This document shows, one piece after another, positions 45,126 to 52,675 of a DNA stretch of 64,000 bases (position 1 is the stretch's first letter; the number at the start of each line of letters is the position of its first letter). Both the position numbers and the translations under genes were made by a program. Origin of the DNA: an uncultured Actinomycetota bacterium (GTDB taxonomy: Bacteria; Actinomycetota; Actinomycetes; Propionibacteriales; Nocardioidaceae); the NCBI GenBank assembly GCA_963800245.1, contig CAWDAE010000009.1:57227-121226 (forward strand). Direction: 5' to 3'. Under the pieces are notes generated by a model. The model saw nothing but the letters and a program-made list of their open reading frames with translations. It made no database searches and was not told the origin of the DNA.

Positions 45126-45506
45126 GCGATCAAGCAGCACCAAACCGTCAGTCCCGCGGATCGAAGTTGGGACCTCCTCGCACAGCGCGTGGACCGCTAC
45201 GGCCACGATCGCGCCAGCGTGGCCCGCCCGTCGGAGATGATCCGCCGCGCGGGCCAGGAGCGTGCCACTGGCAATGTTCACATCGAAGATCAGAAGGTCG
45301 CCCGTTCCCCCGACCCGGACCGCGGGAGACTTCACCATCATGGCTCCGAGTACGCGCTCGGCGGCCGCACTGACCGCAACGACCCCGTAACCGGGGTAGT
45401 CCGCGAGGGCGTCGAGGACCAACTCCGCGGATCTCACCAGTGCTGCCGGGGAGTCGTGTTCGGCGACGATCCGGTTCCCACGGTTCAACACCTCGACCAT
45501 GTCCAT
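45066..45506 (-). CDS. type I phosphoribosyltransferase-fold protein with degenerate PRPP loop
   Basis: GVVAVSAAAERVLGAMMV...DLLIFDVNIASGTLLARAADHLRRAGHAGAIVAVAV. The start is ambiguous (45506 or 45500). The 3' end overlaps the convergent gene by 60 nt. Confidence 0.5.
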   Translation of the reverse strand: MDMVEVLNRGNRIVAEHDSPAALVRSAELVLDALADYPGYGVVAVSAAAERVLGAMMVKSPAVRVGGTGDLLIFDVNIASGTLLARAADHLRRAGHAGAIVAVAVHALCEEVPTSIRGTDGLVLLDRSGVCHEGTEGRDSRLLVAF

Positions 45507-45641
45507 TGTGACCAGACCTCCTCGCGTTCGGTGTGAGCCCTCTCGTCCCGGAGTGCCCAACCTTCGTGGAACATCCTCAGCCGAGGCGCCGACTGTCTAG
45601 AATCCAGTTACTTGAATCTTGTCACCAGATAGCGAAGACCC

Positions 45642-45932
45642 GTGGATGCCACGCAAGCGAGTGCCCTGCTGTTCGGAAGGGCATGCCGACTACCGCTCCT
45701 GCTGTGGCTGTTGGAGCACCCGAAGGGCAGGATCTTCCAGTCTGAGCCCCCACCTCACCTCGGCGTCAGGACGGCCATTCGTGACGAGCTCGCGCGCTTC
45801 ACGCGCGCCGGCCTGCTCGTCGAGGAGCGCCCAGACGCCGACCCCCGGGTGTACTACGTGCGCACGGACAGCCCCCTCTGGGACATCGTCCGCACAGCCG
45901 GGAAGGTCCTCGGTGCCGCGAACGAGGAGTAG
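45642..45932 (+). CDS. winged-helix transcriptional regulator (ArsR/MarR-like)
   Basis: 96 aa. LLLWLLEHPKGRIFQSE...IRDELARFTRAGLLVEERPDADPRVYYVRT. Confidence 0.5.
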   Translation: MDATQASALLFGRACRLPLLLWLLEHPKGRIFQSEPPPHLGVRTAIRDELARFTRAGLLVEERPDADPRVYYVRTDSPLWDIVRTAGKVLGAANEE

Positions 45933-45990
45933 TTCTCGCGCGGCGGCGGCCGGTGTCAGTGGGCTCGCGGAGGATGGCGGCTACAGCCTG

Positions 45991-46011
45991 ATTGTCAGGC
46001 TGATTGTGAGG
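45991..46011 (+). repeat. tandem 9-mers ATTGTCAGG / ATTGTGAGG (12-bp period), candidate integrase arm-type sites
   Basis: Copies at 45991-45999 and 46003-46011, 110-130 bp inside the attR core. They have the same orientation and period as the pair at 25346-25366. Confidence 0.45.
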
Positions 46012-46107
46012 ACCGAGGTGGCAGTGAACCAGGTGACCTGGTGCGCAGACCTGGGGTGCAACCTGGATTCGAGCGTGGAAAGACAGATGTGTCGCAGTTC
46101 GTGCGCT

Positions 46108-46130
46108 GGTTCAGACAGGGCACCTGCCAC
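46108..46130 (+). repeat. candidate attR core (displaced copy of the tRNA-Tyr 3' end)
   Basis: GGTTC (46108-46112) and CACCTGCCAC (46121-46130). The 10-mer is identical to 25218-25227 and the spacing matches. Confidence 0.5.
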
Positions 46131-46136
46131 AGGCAG

Positions 46137-46167
46137 CCCCCGACCTCCTCGAGGTCGGGGGCTTTCT
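46137..46167 (+). terminator. GC hairpin plus T-rich tail with no upstream gene (possible original tRNA-Tyr terminator)
   Basis: CCCCCGACCTC-ctc-GAGGTCGGGGG followed by CTTTCT. It begins 7 nt after the attR core. Confidence 0.5.
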
Positions 46168-46282
46168 GGTCCCCGGCTTCGCGCAGGCGCGAGTTCTCCT
46201 CCGACCCTCGCCCGGCCGCATGGTCCGGCCCCATCGGGGCATGTTCGCCGCTGACGGGGAGATCGAGAGAGGGAGATCAACC

Positions 46283-46456
46283 ATGCTTCGCACCATCCTC
46301 AATCGCGTGACGGGCAGTCGTGGCGCGGGCACACACGGCACCGCGACGACCGGTGGCCTGGGTCGGTCCGGCGCGGGTGCCACCGGCGGTCGCCGGGGAC
46401 AGGACGAGGCGATCGGTCGCGGCGTACGCGGGCTGCTGCGGCGTCTGCGCGCCTGA
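46283..46456 (+). CDS. small Gly/Arg-rich hypothetical protein (57 aa)
   Basis: ATG 46283 follows GAGAGGGAG. MLRTILNRVTGSRGAGTHGTATTGGLGRSGAG... Confidence 0.4.
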   Translation: MLRTILNRVTGSRGAGTHGTATTGGLGRSGAGATGGRRGQDEAIGRGVRGLLRRLRA

Positions 46457-46509
46457 GCTCGGCGCCGGCTGGCGGGCCGGCGGCCCGTCTGGACAGGCTC
46501 GCGGGGGGA

Positions 46510-46525
46510 ATACCCCGGCCGGTAT
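46510..46525. promoter_or_regulatory. CsoR/CstR-type operator-like box ATACCCCGGCCGGTAT
   Basis: ATACC/GGTAT arms, 46-61 nt upstream of the PIG-L gene ATG. It is related to the three boxes at 50.6-51.2 kb. Confidence 0.45.
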
Positions 46526-46570
46526 CACGGTTTCGCCGATAGACGGCCGTGTCGTCGGGAGGAGCCGGAG

Positions 46571-47275
46571 ATGAGCGCCAGGACAGCGACGTACGACACG
46601 GCAGCCGCGGGCCTCCCGGGATGGAGCTCGGTGCTCGCCGTGGTGGCCCACCCCGACGACGAGTCGTTCGGGCTCGGCGGCGTCCTCGGGGCGTTCGTCG
46701 GCGACGGAGCGCGCGTCTCCGTCCTCTCGCTCACCCAGGGCGAGGCCTCGACCCTCGGCGTGAGCACCCAGCCGCTCGCCGAGCTGCGTGCCACCGAGCT
46801 CAGGGCGGCGGCCGAGAGCCTCGGGGTGGCCGACGCCGAGCTGAGGAGCTTCCCGGACGGCCGGCTGGGCCAGGTGGCCCGGCACCTCCTCGTCGCCGAG
46901 GTCGTGGCGGCCGCGCGACGGGCCGGCGCAGAGGGCCTGGTCGTCTTCGAGCCCTCCGGCGTGAGCGGTCACCCCGACCACGCCGCCGCCACGGCGGCGG
47001 CGCTGGAGGCTGCGGCCGGGCTGGACCTCCCGGTGCTCGGCTGGTTCGTCCCCGACGGCGTGGCCGAGCGGCTCAACCGTGACTGCGAGACCCGGTTCAC
47101 GGGGCTGGCGGTCGGCCCGGACGACCTGGTCGTCGTCGTGGACCGCCACCGGCAGCTCGTGGCGAGCCTGGCCCACGCCAGCCAGGCGGTCCCGGGCAGC
47201 GTGCTGTGGCGCCGGCTGGAGCTCCTGGGTGACCGCGAGCACCTGCGGTGGCTGCGCCGCCCGGTCACCGGCTGA
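46571..47275 (+). CDS. PIG-L/LmbE family N-acetylglucosaminyl deacetylase
   Basis: VLAVVAHPDDESFGLGG and SGHPDHAAA motifs. Confidence 0.85.
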   Translation: MSARTATYDTAAAGLPGWSSVLAVVAHPDDESFGLGGVLGAFVGDGARVSVLSLTQGEASTLGVSTQPLAELRATELRAAAESLGVADAELRSFPDGRLGQVARHLLVAEVVAAARRAGAEGLVVFEPSGVSGHPDHAAATAAALEAAAGLDLPVLGWFVPDGVAERLNRDCETRFTGLAVGPDDLVVVVDRHRQLVASLAHASQAVPGSVLWRRLELLGDREHLRWLRRPVTG

Positions 47276-48962
47276 GGCACTCCCGGGGCAGCTCGAACCA
47301 GCGCAGGTGCTCGAAGTCGTCGGAGACCCCGGCATCGGGTGCGTCGTCCTGCGGGGGATCGGCCTCGGCCAGCACCCGGGCGCCCTCCTCGAGGTAGCGG
47401 GCCAGCGCGGACTCCGGCGCGCGGTCCGCGTGGTGCTCGTAGACCATCGAGCCGTCGTCGGCGTAGCTGACCTGGTGCAGTCGCAGGGGCGGCTCGACGG
47501 GGCCCTCGCGGTGGGTCCACAGGCCCCGGTCGACGTCGAAGTGGTAGCCGCCCATGAGTCGCCAGCCGTCGCGGGCGACCAGGGCCACGGCTTCGAGGAG
47601 GTAGTCGAAGACGGCCTCGGAGGTGAAGTAGTTGAAGCTCACCCGCACCCAGCCGGGCTTGATGCCCTCGCAGCCGCGGGTGATCTCCCGCTCGAACTCG
47701 TGCGAGCGGTCGAGGTCGATGCCCAGCAACCGGTGGCCGTAGGGCCCGGCGCACGAGCAGCCACCGCGGGACTGGATGCCGAAGAGGTCGTTGAGCAGCG
47801 CGACGACGTAGTTGTGGTGCAGGTAGCGCCCGCTGGGCCCGCGGACCACGAAGGAGACGATCGAGAGCCGCTCGGCCACCGGGCTGCCGAGGATCTCGAT
47901 GGCGGGCTCTCGCGACCAGCGTTCCAGCGCCCGGTGGACGAAGCTCTCCTCGTGGGCGCGGATCACCTCGATGCCGACGGCCTCCTTGAGCTGGAACACC
48001 AGACCGGCGCGGATCGCCTCCACGATCGCCGGGGTGCCGCCCTCCTCGCGCTGGACCGGGTCGGTGAGGTAGCGGTGCTCGGTGGGGTTGACGTAGGCGA
48101 CCGTGCCGCCACCCACCACGTCCGGCACGCGGTTGGTGAGCAGCTCGCGGCGGACGACGAGGACGCCCGGGGTGCTCGGCCCGCCGATGAACTTGTGCGG
48201 GCTGAGGAAGACCGCGTCCTTGTAGCACAGCGGGTCGTCGTGGTCGGGGCCGTACATCTCGATGTCGACGTAGGGACCGGCGGCGGCGAAGTCCCAGAAC
48301 GACAGCGCGCCGTGACGGTGCAGGAGCGCGGAGATGCCGGCGGTGTCGCTGAGGATCCCGGTGACGTTGCTGGCCGCCGAGAAGCTGCCGATCCGCAGCG
48401 GACGGTCGGCGTGCTCGACGAGCCGGTCCTCGAGGACCTCCAGGTCGACGTGGCCGTCGGCGTCGGCCGGGATGGAGACCACCTCCGCGACGGACTCGCG
48501 CCAGGGCAGCTCGTTGGAGTGGTGCTCGAACGGGCCGAGGAACACCACCGGTCGCTCGGCGGCCGGGATCGCCTCGCTCAGGTGGTAGGCGTCCTCCAGC
48601 GCGGAGGGGAGGCGCAGGCCCAGGACGCCGATCACCTTGTCGATCGCCCCGGTGCACCCGGAGCCGGCGAAGATCACCGACGTGTCGTCGTCGCCACCGA
48701 CGGCGTCCCGGATGATGCGCCGCGCGTCCTCGCGCAGCCGCGTGGTCTGCAGCCCGGTGCCGCTGGACTCGGTGTGGGTGTTGGCGTAGCGCGGCAGCAC
48801 CTCGTCGCGGATGAAGTCCTCGAGGAACGTCAGGGCCCGCCCGGACGCGGTGTAGTCGGCGTAGGTCACCCGTCGCGGCCCGAACGGACCCGGCATGACC
48901 TGGTCGTCCCCGATGACCGCCTGCCTGATCCGCCGCAGCAGGGGAGTCTCAGGAGGTGTCAC
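47265..48962 (-). CDS. aminotransferase class V-fold PLP-dependent enzyme (cysteine-desulfurase-like)
   Basis: 565 aa. YANTHTESSGTG, FAGSGCTGAIDK, FLSPHKFIGGP (PLP lysine), SRGGCSCAGPYG. Confidence 0.8.
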   Translation of the reverse strand: MTPPETPLLRRIRQAVIGDDQVMPGPFGPRRVTYADYTASGRALTFLEDFIRDEVLPRYANTHTESSGTGLQTTRLREDARRIIRDAVGGDDDTSVIFAGSGCTGAIDKVIGVLGLRLPSALEDAYHLSEAIPAAERPVVFLGPFEHHSNELPWRESVAEVVSIPADADGHVDLEVLEDRLVEHADRPLRIGSFSAASNVTGILSDTAGISALLHRHGALSFWDFAAAGPYVDIEMYGPDHDDPLCYKDAVFLSPHKFIGGPSTPGVLVVRRELLTNRVPDVVGGGTVAYVNPTEHRYLTDPVQREEGGTPAIVEAIRAGLVFQLKEAVGIEVIRAHEESFVHRALERWSREPAIEILGSPVAERLSIVSFVVRGPSGRYLHHNYVVALLNDLFGIQSRGGCSCAGPYGHRLLGIDLDRSHEFEREITRGCEGIKPGWVRVSFNYFTSEAVFDYLLEAVALVARDGWRLMGGYHFDVDRGLWTHREGPVEPPLRLHQVSYADDGSMVYEHHADRAPESALARYLEEGARVLAEADPPQDDAPDAGVSDDFEHLRWFELPRECLSR

Positions 48963-49140
48963 GGGTGACCATGCGCAGGATGCGGGCGTTGAAGACCGCG
49001 AACCGGGTGAGCTGGAACGGCAGGCTCCGGCGCCGGCGCAGGGTGCCGTCGGTCGGCAACGGCGCCCAGCTCAGGTCGGCGACGGGCTGGTCGTCCACGG
49101 AGGTCCCGGGGGCGGCGTTGCGGGGTTCTGTCGAGGTCAT
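48949..49140 (-). CDS. small hypothetical protein (63 aa) between the SQR-like and aminotransferase genes
   Basis: ATG 49140 lies 6 nt after the SQR stop. Its stop overlaps the aminotransferase start by 14 nt. Confidence 0.35.
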   Translation of the reverse strand: MTSTEPRNAAPGTSVDDQPVADLSWAPLPTDGTLRRRRSLPFQLTRFAVFNARILRMVTRDTS

Positions 49141-49145
49141 CTCAC

Positions 49146-50615
49146 TCACTCCGGGATCAGCTGCCAGCCAGGGCGGCCCTTGGCCTTGTAGAGGAAGAGG
49201 TGGTGCAGCATGAGCTTCGCCCAGTGCCCGCTGAGCCCGATCTCGCCGCGGGTCTCCTTCAGGGACCGTCCGCTGGGGTAGCGCGTGTAGTCGGGGACCA
49301 CCGGCATCATCGTCATGGCCGCCGCGGATCCCCGGCGCAGGCCGTGCCCGGCGGACGCGACGCAGGCCGCACCCATCTCGGCCATGGACGCCTCGTGGGC
49401 CGGCGCCGAGGGGCCGCGCCTGATCCGGTCGACGATGGTCAGCGCGGCGGTCTTGCCCATCACCCCAGACGGCATCCCGGTCCGCGGCGGTGAGGGCGCG
49501 ATGACGGTGCCGTGGGGGCTCTTGCGCGGTCGCGAGATCTGGTGGGGCGGGGCGAAGGCGATGCCGACGGCGAAGACGTTGTCGTAGCCGGGCGCCAGGT
49601 AGGTGCGCGGCCAGTCGGTGCCACGCCAGTCCTCGTAGGGCTTCGCGCGGTAGTCGGCGTCGACCTTCATGAAGCCGCTGGGTGCGAAGAGCTCGGCGGT
49701 GATGTCGGCGCCGTCCCGGTCGTAGGCCGACAGCTGTACTCCGCCGAACGGGGGCAGCAGCATCGCGAAGTCGAACGCCAGCTCGTGGGAGACGCCGTCC
49801 AGGGTCTCGTAGCGCACGAGACCCTCGTCGACCCGCTCGACGTGGGCCCCGAGGATCGCCTCGACGCCGCGCTCGCGGAACAGCGAAGCGGTCCACTGCT
49901 CGCTGGAGGTCTGGAAGCCCCGGTCCTCGAAGGTCATCCCGTCCACGCCGAAGTCGCCGAGGTGCGCCTCGTTGGTCAGGTAGACCAGCCGGGCCCGGTC
50001 GCGGACCCCGGCCTCGCGGAGCTCGTGGTCGACGTTGAAGACGTACTCGAACGCCGCGCCCTCGCAGGTGCAGGTGCCGTGGCCCATCCCGACCACCAGG
50101 GTCTGCTCCTCGCCGGAGGCGAGCCGCTTGATCACGGCCTGCAGCCGCTGGGCGGCCTCGACGGCGTGGTCGGCCGTGCAGACCGAGGCGGTGTGCCCGT
50201 CGGGGCCCAGGCCGGGCGTCGCCTCGAACTTCAGCTGCGGCCCGGTGGCGTTGACCAGGAAGTCGTAGCGCAGCCGTTCGGACGTGCCTTCCCTGCCCTG
50301 ACCGGTGTACTCGATGTCGACCGCGCCGCGGGGGTCGGCGGCGTCACCGTCGGGGCGGATCGCGACGGCCTTGGCCTGGCGGAAGTCGATGCCCTTGCGG
50401 TGGTAGACCGGCTCGAGGGGGAAGACCACGTCCTGCTTGCCGAGCTTGCCGACCCCGACCCAGATGTTGGACGGGATCCAGTTCCACCGCGAGTTGGGCG
50501 AGACCACGGTGACGGTGTGCTCGACCCCGAGGTGGCGGCGCCCGAGCAGGCGGGCGAGGTGCAGGGCTGCGGTGTGTCCGGAGATCCCGGCACCGAGGAT
50601 GACGACGTCGGCCAC
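49146..50615 (-). CDS. sulfide:quinone oxidoreductase-like NAD(P)/FAD-dependent oxidoreductase
   Basis: GTG 50615 follows GAAGGGAG. VVILGAGISGHTAALHL, NWIPSNIWVGVG, GHGTCTCEGAAFEY, AVGIAFAPPH. Confidence 0.8.
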   Translation of the reverse strand: MADVVILGAGISGHTAALHLARLLGRRHLGVEHTVTVVSPNSRWNWIPSNIWVGVGKLGKQDVVFPLEPVYHRKGIDFRQAKAVAIRPDGDAADPRGAVDIEYTGQGREGTSERLRYDFLVNATGPQLKFEATPGLGPDGHTASVCTADHAVEAAQRLQAVIKRLASGEEQTLVVGMGHGTCTCEGAAFEYVFNVDHELREAGVRDRARLVYLTNEAHLGDFGVDGMTFEDRGFQTSSEQWTASLFRERGVEAILGAHVERVDEGLVRYETLDGVSHELAFDFAMLLPPFGGVQLSAYDRDGADITAELFAPSGFMKVDADYRAKPYEDWRGTDWPRTYLAPGYDNVFAVGIAFAPPHQISRPRKSPHGTVIAPSPPRTGMPSGVMGKTAALTIVDRIRRGPSAPAHEASMAEMGAACVASAGHGLRRGSAAAMTMMPVVPDYTRYPSGRSLKETRGEIGLSGHWAKLMLHHLFLYKAKGRPGWQLIPE

Positions 50616-50650
50616 GGCCGGCTCCCTTCGCTGGGGCCTCCCACGTTGCC

Positions 50651-50666
50651 ATACCCCATGGGGTAT
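50651..50666. promoter_or_regulatory. CsoR/CstR-type operator ATACCCCATGGGGTAT (perfect 16-bp palindrome)
   Basis: Lies 36-51 nt upstream of the SQR-like GTG. All 8 base pairs of the palindrome were verified. Confidence 0.65.
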
Positions 50667-50712
50667 CACTAGATCCATTGGTCCCGTCCTCTGTCGAGGG
50701 ACCGCCCCGGAC

Positions 50713-50988
50713 CTAGGCGAGCGAGAGGAAAAGCCGCTCCATGCGGCGTACGTCGAGCTCGCCGGCCGCCGGATCGGTGGCGGTCAGGCACTCCTTCAGC
50801 CCGCTGGCGACGATCGCGAAGCCGGCCCGGTCCAGTGCCTTGGAGACCGCCGCGAGCTGGGTCACCACGTCCTCGCAGTCGCGGCCCTCCTCGAGCATGC
50901 GGACGACGCCGGCCAGCTGGCCCTGGGCACGCTTGATCCGGTTGAGCGCCGGGGCCGTGTCGGCCGGGTCGAGCTGCACCGGGATCAC
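50713..50988 (-). CDS. CsoR/RcnR/CstR family repressor (Cys-x-Cys type, no Cu-ligand His)
   Basis: 91 aa. RIKRAQGQLAGVVRMLEEGRDCEDVVTQLAAVSKAL. The Cys residues at 38 and 67 are spaced as in CsoR. The residue 4 positions before Cys67 is Gly rather than His, as in persulfide-sensing CstR-type members. Confidence 0.8.
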   Translation of the reverse strand: MIPVQLDPADTAPALNRIKRAQGQLAGVVRMLEEGRDCEDVVTQLAAVSKALDRAGFAIVASGLKECLTATDPAAGELDVRRMERLFLSLA

Positions 50989-51167
50989 CTCCGCCCGAGG
51001 AAGCGCGCCAAGCCGCTGGGGCGGCCGGCCGCGGCGCGCTCATCCTTGGTGTGGCCGCCGCCGCACCAGTTCGAGGCGGGGACCACGGCGCGGACCTGCG
51101 CGACGTGCTGGCCGCAGCCGGCCCAGGTGGTCTTGCCGCAGGTCTTGCAGGTGGTGGGTCGGCACAT
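50985..51167 (-). CDS. small Cys-rich protein (60 aa)
   Basis: ATG 51167 follows GAAGGAG. MCRPTTCKTCGKTTWAGCGQHVAQV...NWCGGGH. Its stop overlaps the repressor GTG (GTGA). Confidence 0.5.
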   Translation of the reverse strand: MCRPTTCKTCGKTTWAGCGQHVAQVRAVVPASNWCGGGHTKDERAAAGRPSGLARFLGRR

Positions 51168-51193
51168 GCGGTGCTCCTTCTGGTCAGCGGGGA

Positions 51194-51209
51194 ATACCCC
51201 AGGGGGTGT
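51194..51209. promoter_or_regulatory. CsoR/CstR-type operator-like box ATACCCCAGGGGGTGT
   Basis: Lies in the divergent promoter region between 51167 (-) and 51271 (+). One arm mismatch. Confidence 0.5.
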
Positions 51210-51227
51210 CAGGGTGTTACGGTGAGC

Positions 51228-51243
51228 ATACCCCACCGGGTAT
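51228..51243. promoter_or_regulatory. CsoR/CstR-type operator box ATACCCCACCGGGTAT
   Basis: ATACCC-N4-GGGTAT, 28-43 nt upstream of ATG 51271. Confidence 0.6.
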
Positions 51244-51270
51244 ACCGACGAAAGCTCCGGAGGAGAACTG

Positions 51271-52674
51271 ATGACCGACCGCAGTCCCGCACCCCGTCGC
51301 GTCCAGGTCGTGACCGTCGAGACCCCCAGCCTGGGCGACCGCAGCTACCTCGTCCACGACGGCGAGGTCGCGTTCGTGGTCGACCCGCAGCGTGACATCG
51401 ACCGGGTGCTCGCCCTGCTCGACGATCACGGCGTGCGGCTCACGCACGTGTTCGAGACCCACATCCACAACGACTACGTCACCGGCGGGCTCGCCCTGGC
51501 GCGCGAGACGGGCGCTGCGTATGTCGTGAACGGCGCCGACCGGGTGTCCTTCGAGCGCACTCCGATCAGCGACGGCGAGGTCGTCCAGGTCGGCTCCATG
51601 CGCGTCACCGCGCTGGCCACCCCGGGCCACACGTTCACCCACCTGTCCTACGCGCTGGAGGACGGCGACGGCGAGCACGTCGCGGTCTTCTCCGGCGGCT
51701 CCCTGCTGTACGGCGCCACCGGTCGCCCCGACCTGCTCGGCCCGGACCACACCGACGCCCTGGTCCGCCACCAGCACGCCTCGGCCCACCGGCTGGCGAC
51801 CGTCCTGCCCGACTCCGCCGAGGTGTTCCCCACCCACGGGTTCGGGTCCTTCTGCTCGGCCACCCAGTCCGAGGCGTCCGCCTCGACCATCGGGCAGGAG
51901 AAGAGCGCCAACCCGGTCCTCACGCAGGACGAGGAGACCTACGTCCGCGAGCTGCTCGCGGGCCTCGGCGACTACCCGGCGTACTACGCGCACATGGCCC
52001 CGGCAAACTCGGCCGGCCCGTCCGCCCCCGACCTCAGCGCGCCGGCGCCGGTCGAGCCGCAGCAGCTGCGCCGGCGCATCGAGGCGGGGGAGTGGGTCGT
52101 GGACCTGCGCAGCCGCACCGTCTTCGCCGCCGGCCACGTGCCGGGCTCGCTCAACTTCGGGCTCGACGGCGCGTTCTCGACGTACCTGGGCTGGCTGGTC
52201 GAGTGGGGCACCCCGCTGACCCTGCTCGGGGAGTCCGCCGAGCAGGTGGCGGAGGCCCAGCGCGAGCTGGTCCGGATCGGCATCGACCAGCTCGAGGGCG
52301 CCGCGATCGGCAAGCCACGCGACTGGGTCGCGGGCACCGGCCACGACCTCGAGTCCTTCCCGGTGGGCACCTTCGCGGACCTGGCGCAGGTGCGTCACCA
52401 CCGGCCGGTCGTCGTCCTCGACGTGCGCCGCGCGGACGAGCACGCCGAGTCGGCGGTCACGGGCGCGATCAACGTGCCGATCCACGAGCTGACCCGCCGG
52501 CTGGACGAGGTGCCCGACGGCCCCGGCGCGGAGGTCTGGGTCCACTGCGCCAGCGGCTATCGCGCGTCGGTCGCGGCCTCCGTCCTGGCCGCAGCGGGAC
52601 GCCGCGTGGTGGCGGTCGACGACGAGTTCGACAAGGCCGCCGAGGTGGGCCTCGAGCTCGACCGGTCCGCCTGA
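51271..52674 (+). CDS. MBL-fold persulfide dioxygenase fused to rhodanese domain(s)
   Basis: ETHIHNDYVTGG, TPGHTFTH and the rhodanese active site VHCASGYRAS. Confidence 0.85.
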   Translation: MTDRSPAPRRVQVVTVETPSLGDRSYLVHDGEVAFVVDPQRDIDRVLALLDDHGVRLTHVFETHIHNDYVTGGLALARETGAAYVVNGADRVSFERTPISDGEVVQVGSMRVTALATPGHTFTHLSYALEDGDGEHVAVFSGGSLLYGATGRPDLLGPDHTDALVRHQHASAHRLATVLPDSAEVFPTHGFGSFCSATQSEASASTIGQEKSANPVLTQDEETYVRELLAGLGDYPAYYAHMAPANSAGPSAPDLSAPAPVEPQQLRRRIEAGEWVVDLRSRTVFAAGHVPGSLNFGLDGAFSTYLGWLVEWGTPLTLLGESAEQVAEAQRELVRIGIDQLEGAAIGKPRDWVAGTGHDLESFPVGTFADLAQVRHHRPVVVLDVRRADEHAESAVTGAINVPIHELTRRLDEVPDGPGAEVWVHCASGYRASVAASVLAAAGRRVVAVDDEFDKAAEVGLELDRSA

Positions 52675-52675
52675 G

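Larger units (their letters stand above)
25228..46120. mobile_element. ~20.9-kb integrative genomic island at tRNA-Tyr
   Basis: An integrase gene lies next to the tRNA 3' end. The 10-bp tRNA-end repeat occurs at both boundaries. Paired 12-bp-periodic 9-mers sit inside each end. A second orphan terminator lies beyond the distal repeat. The cargo is accessory-type genes with visibly more A/T-ending codons. Confidence 0.65.
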
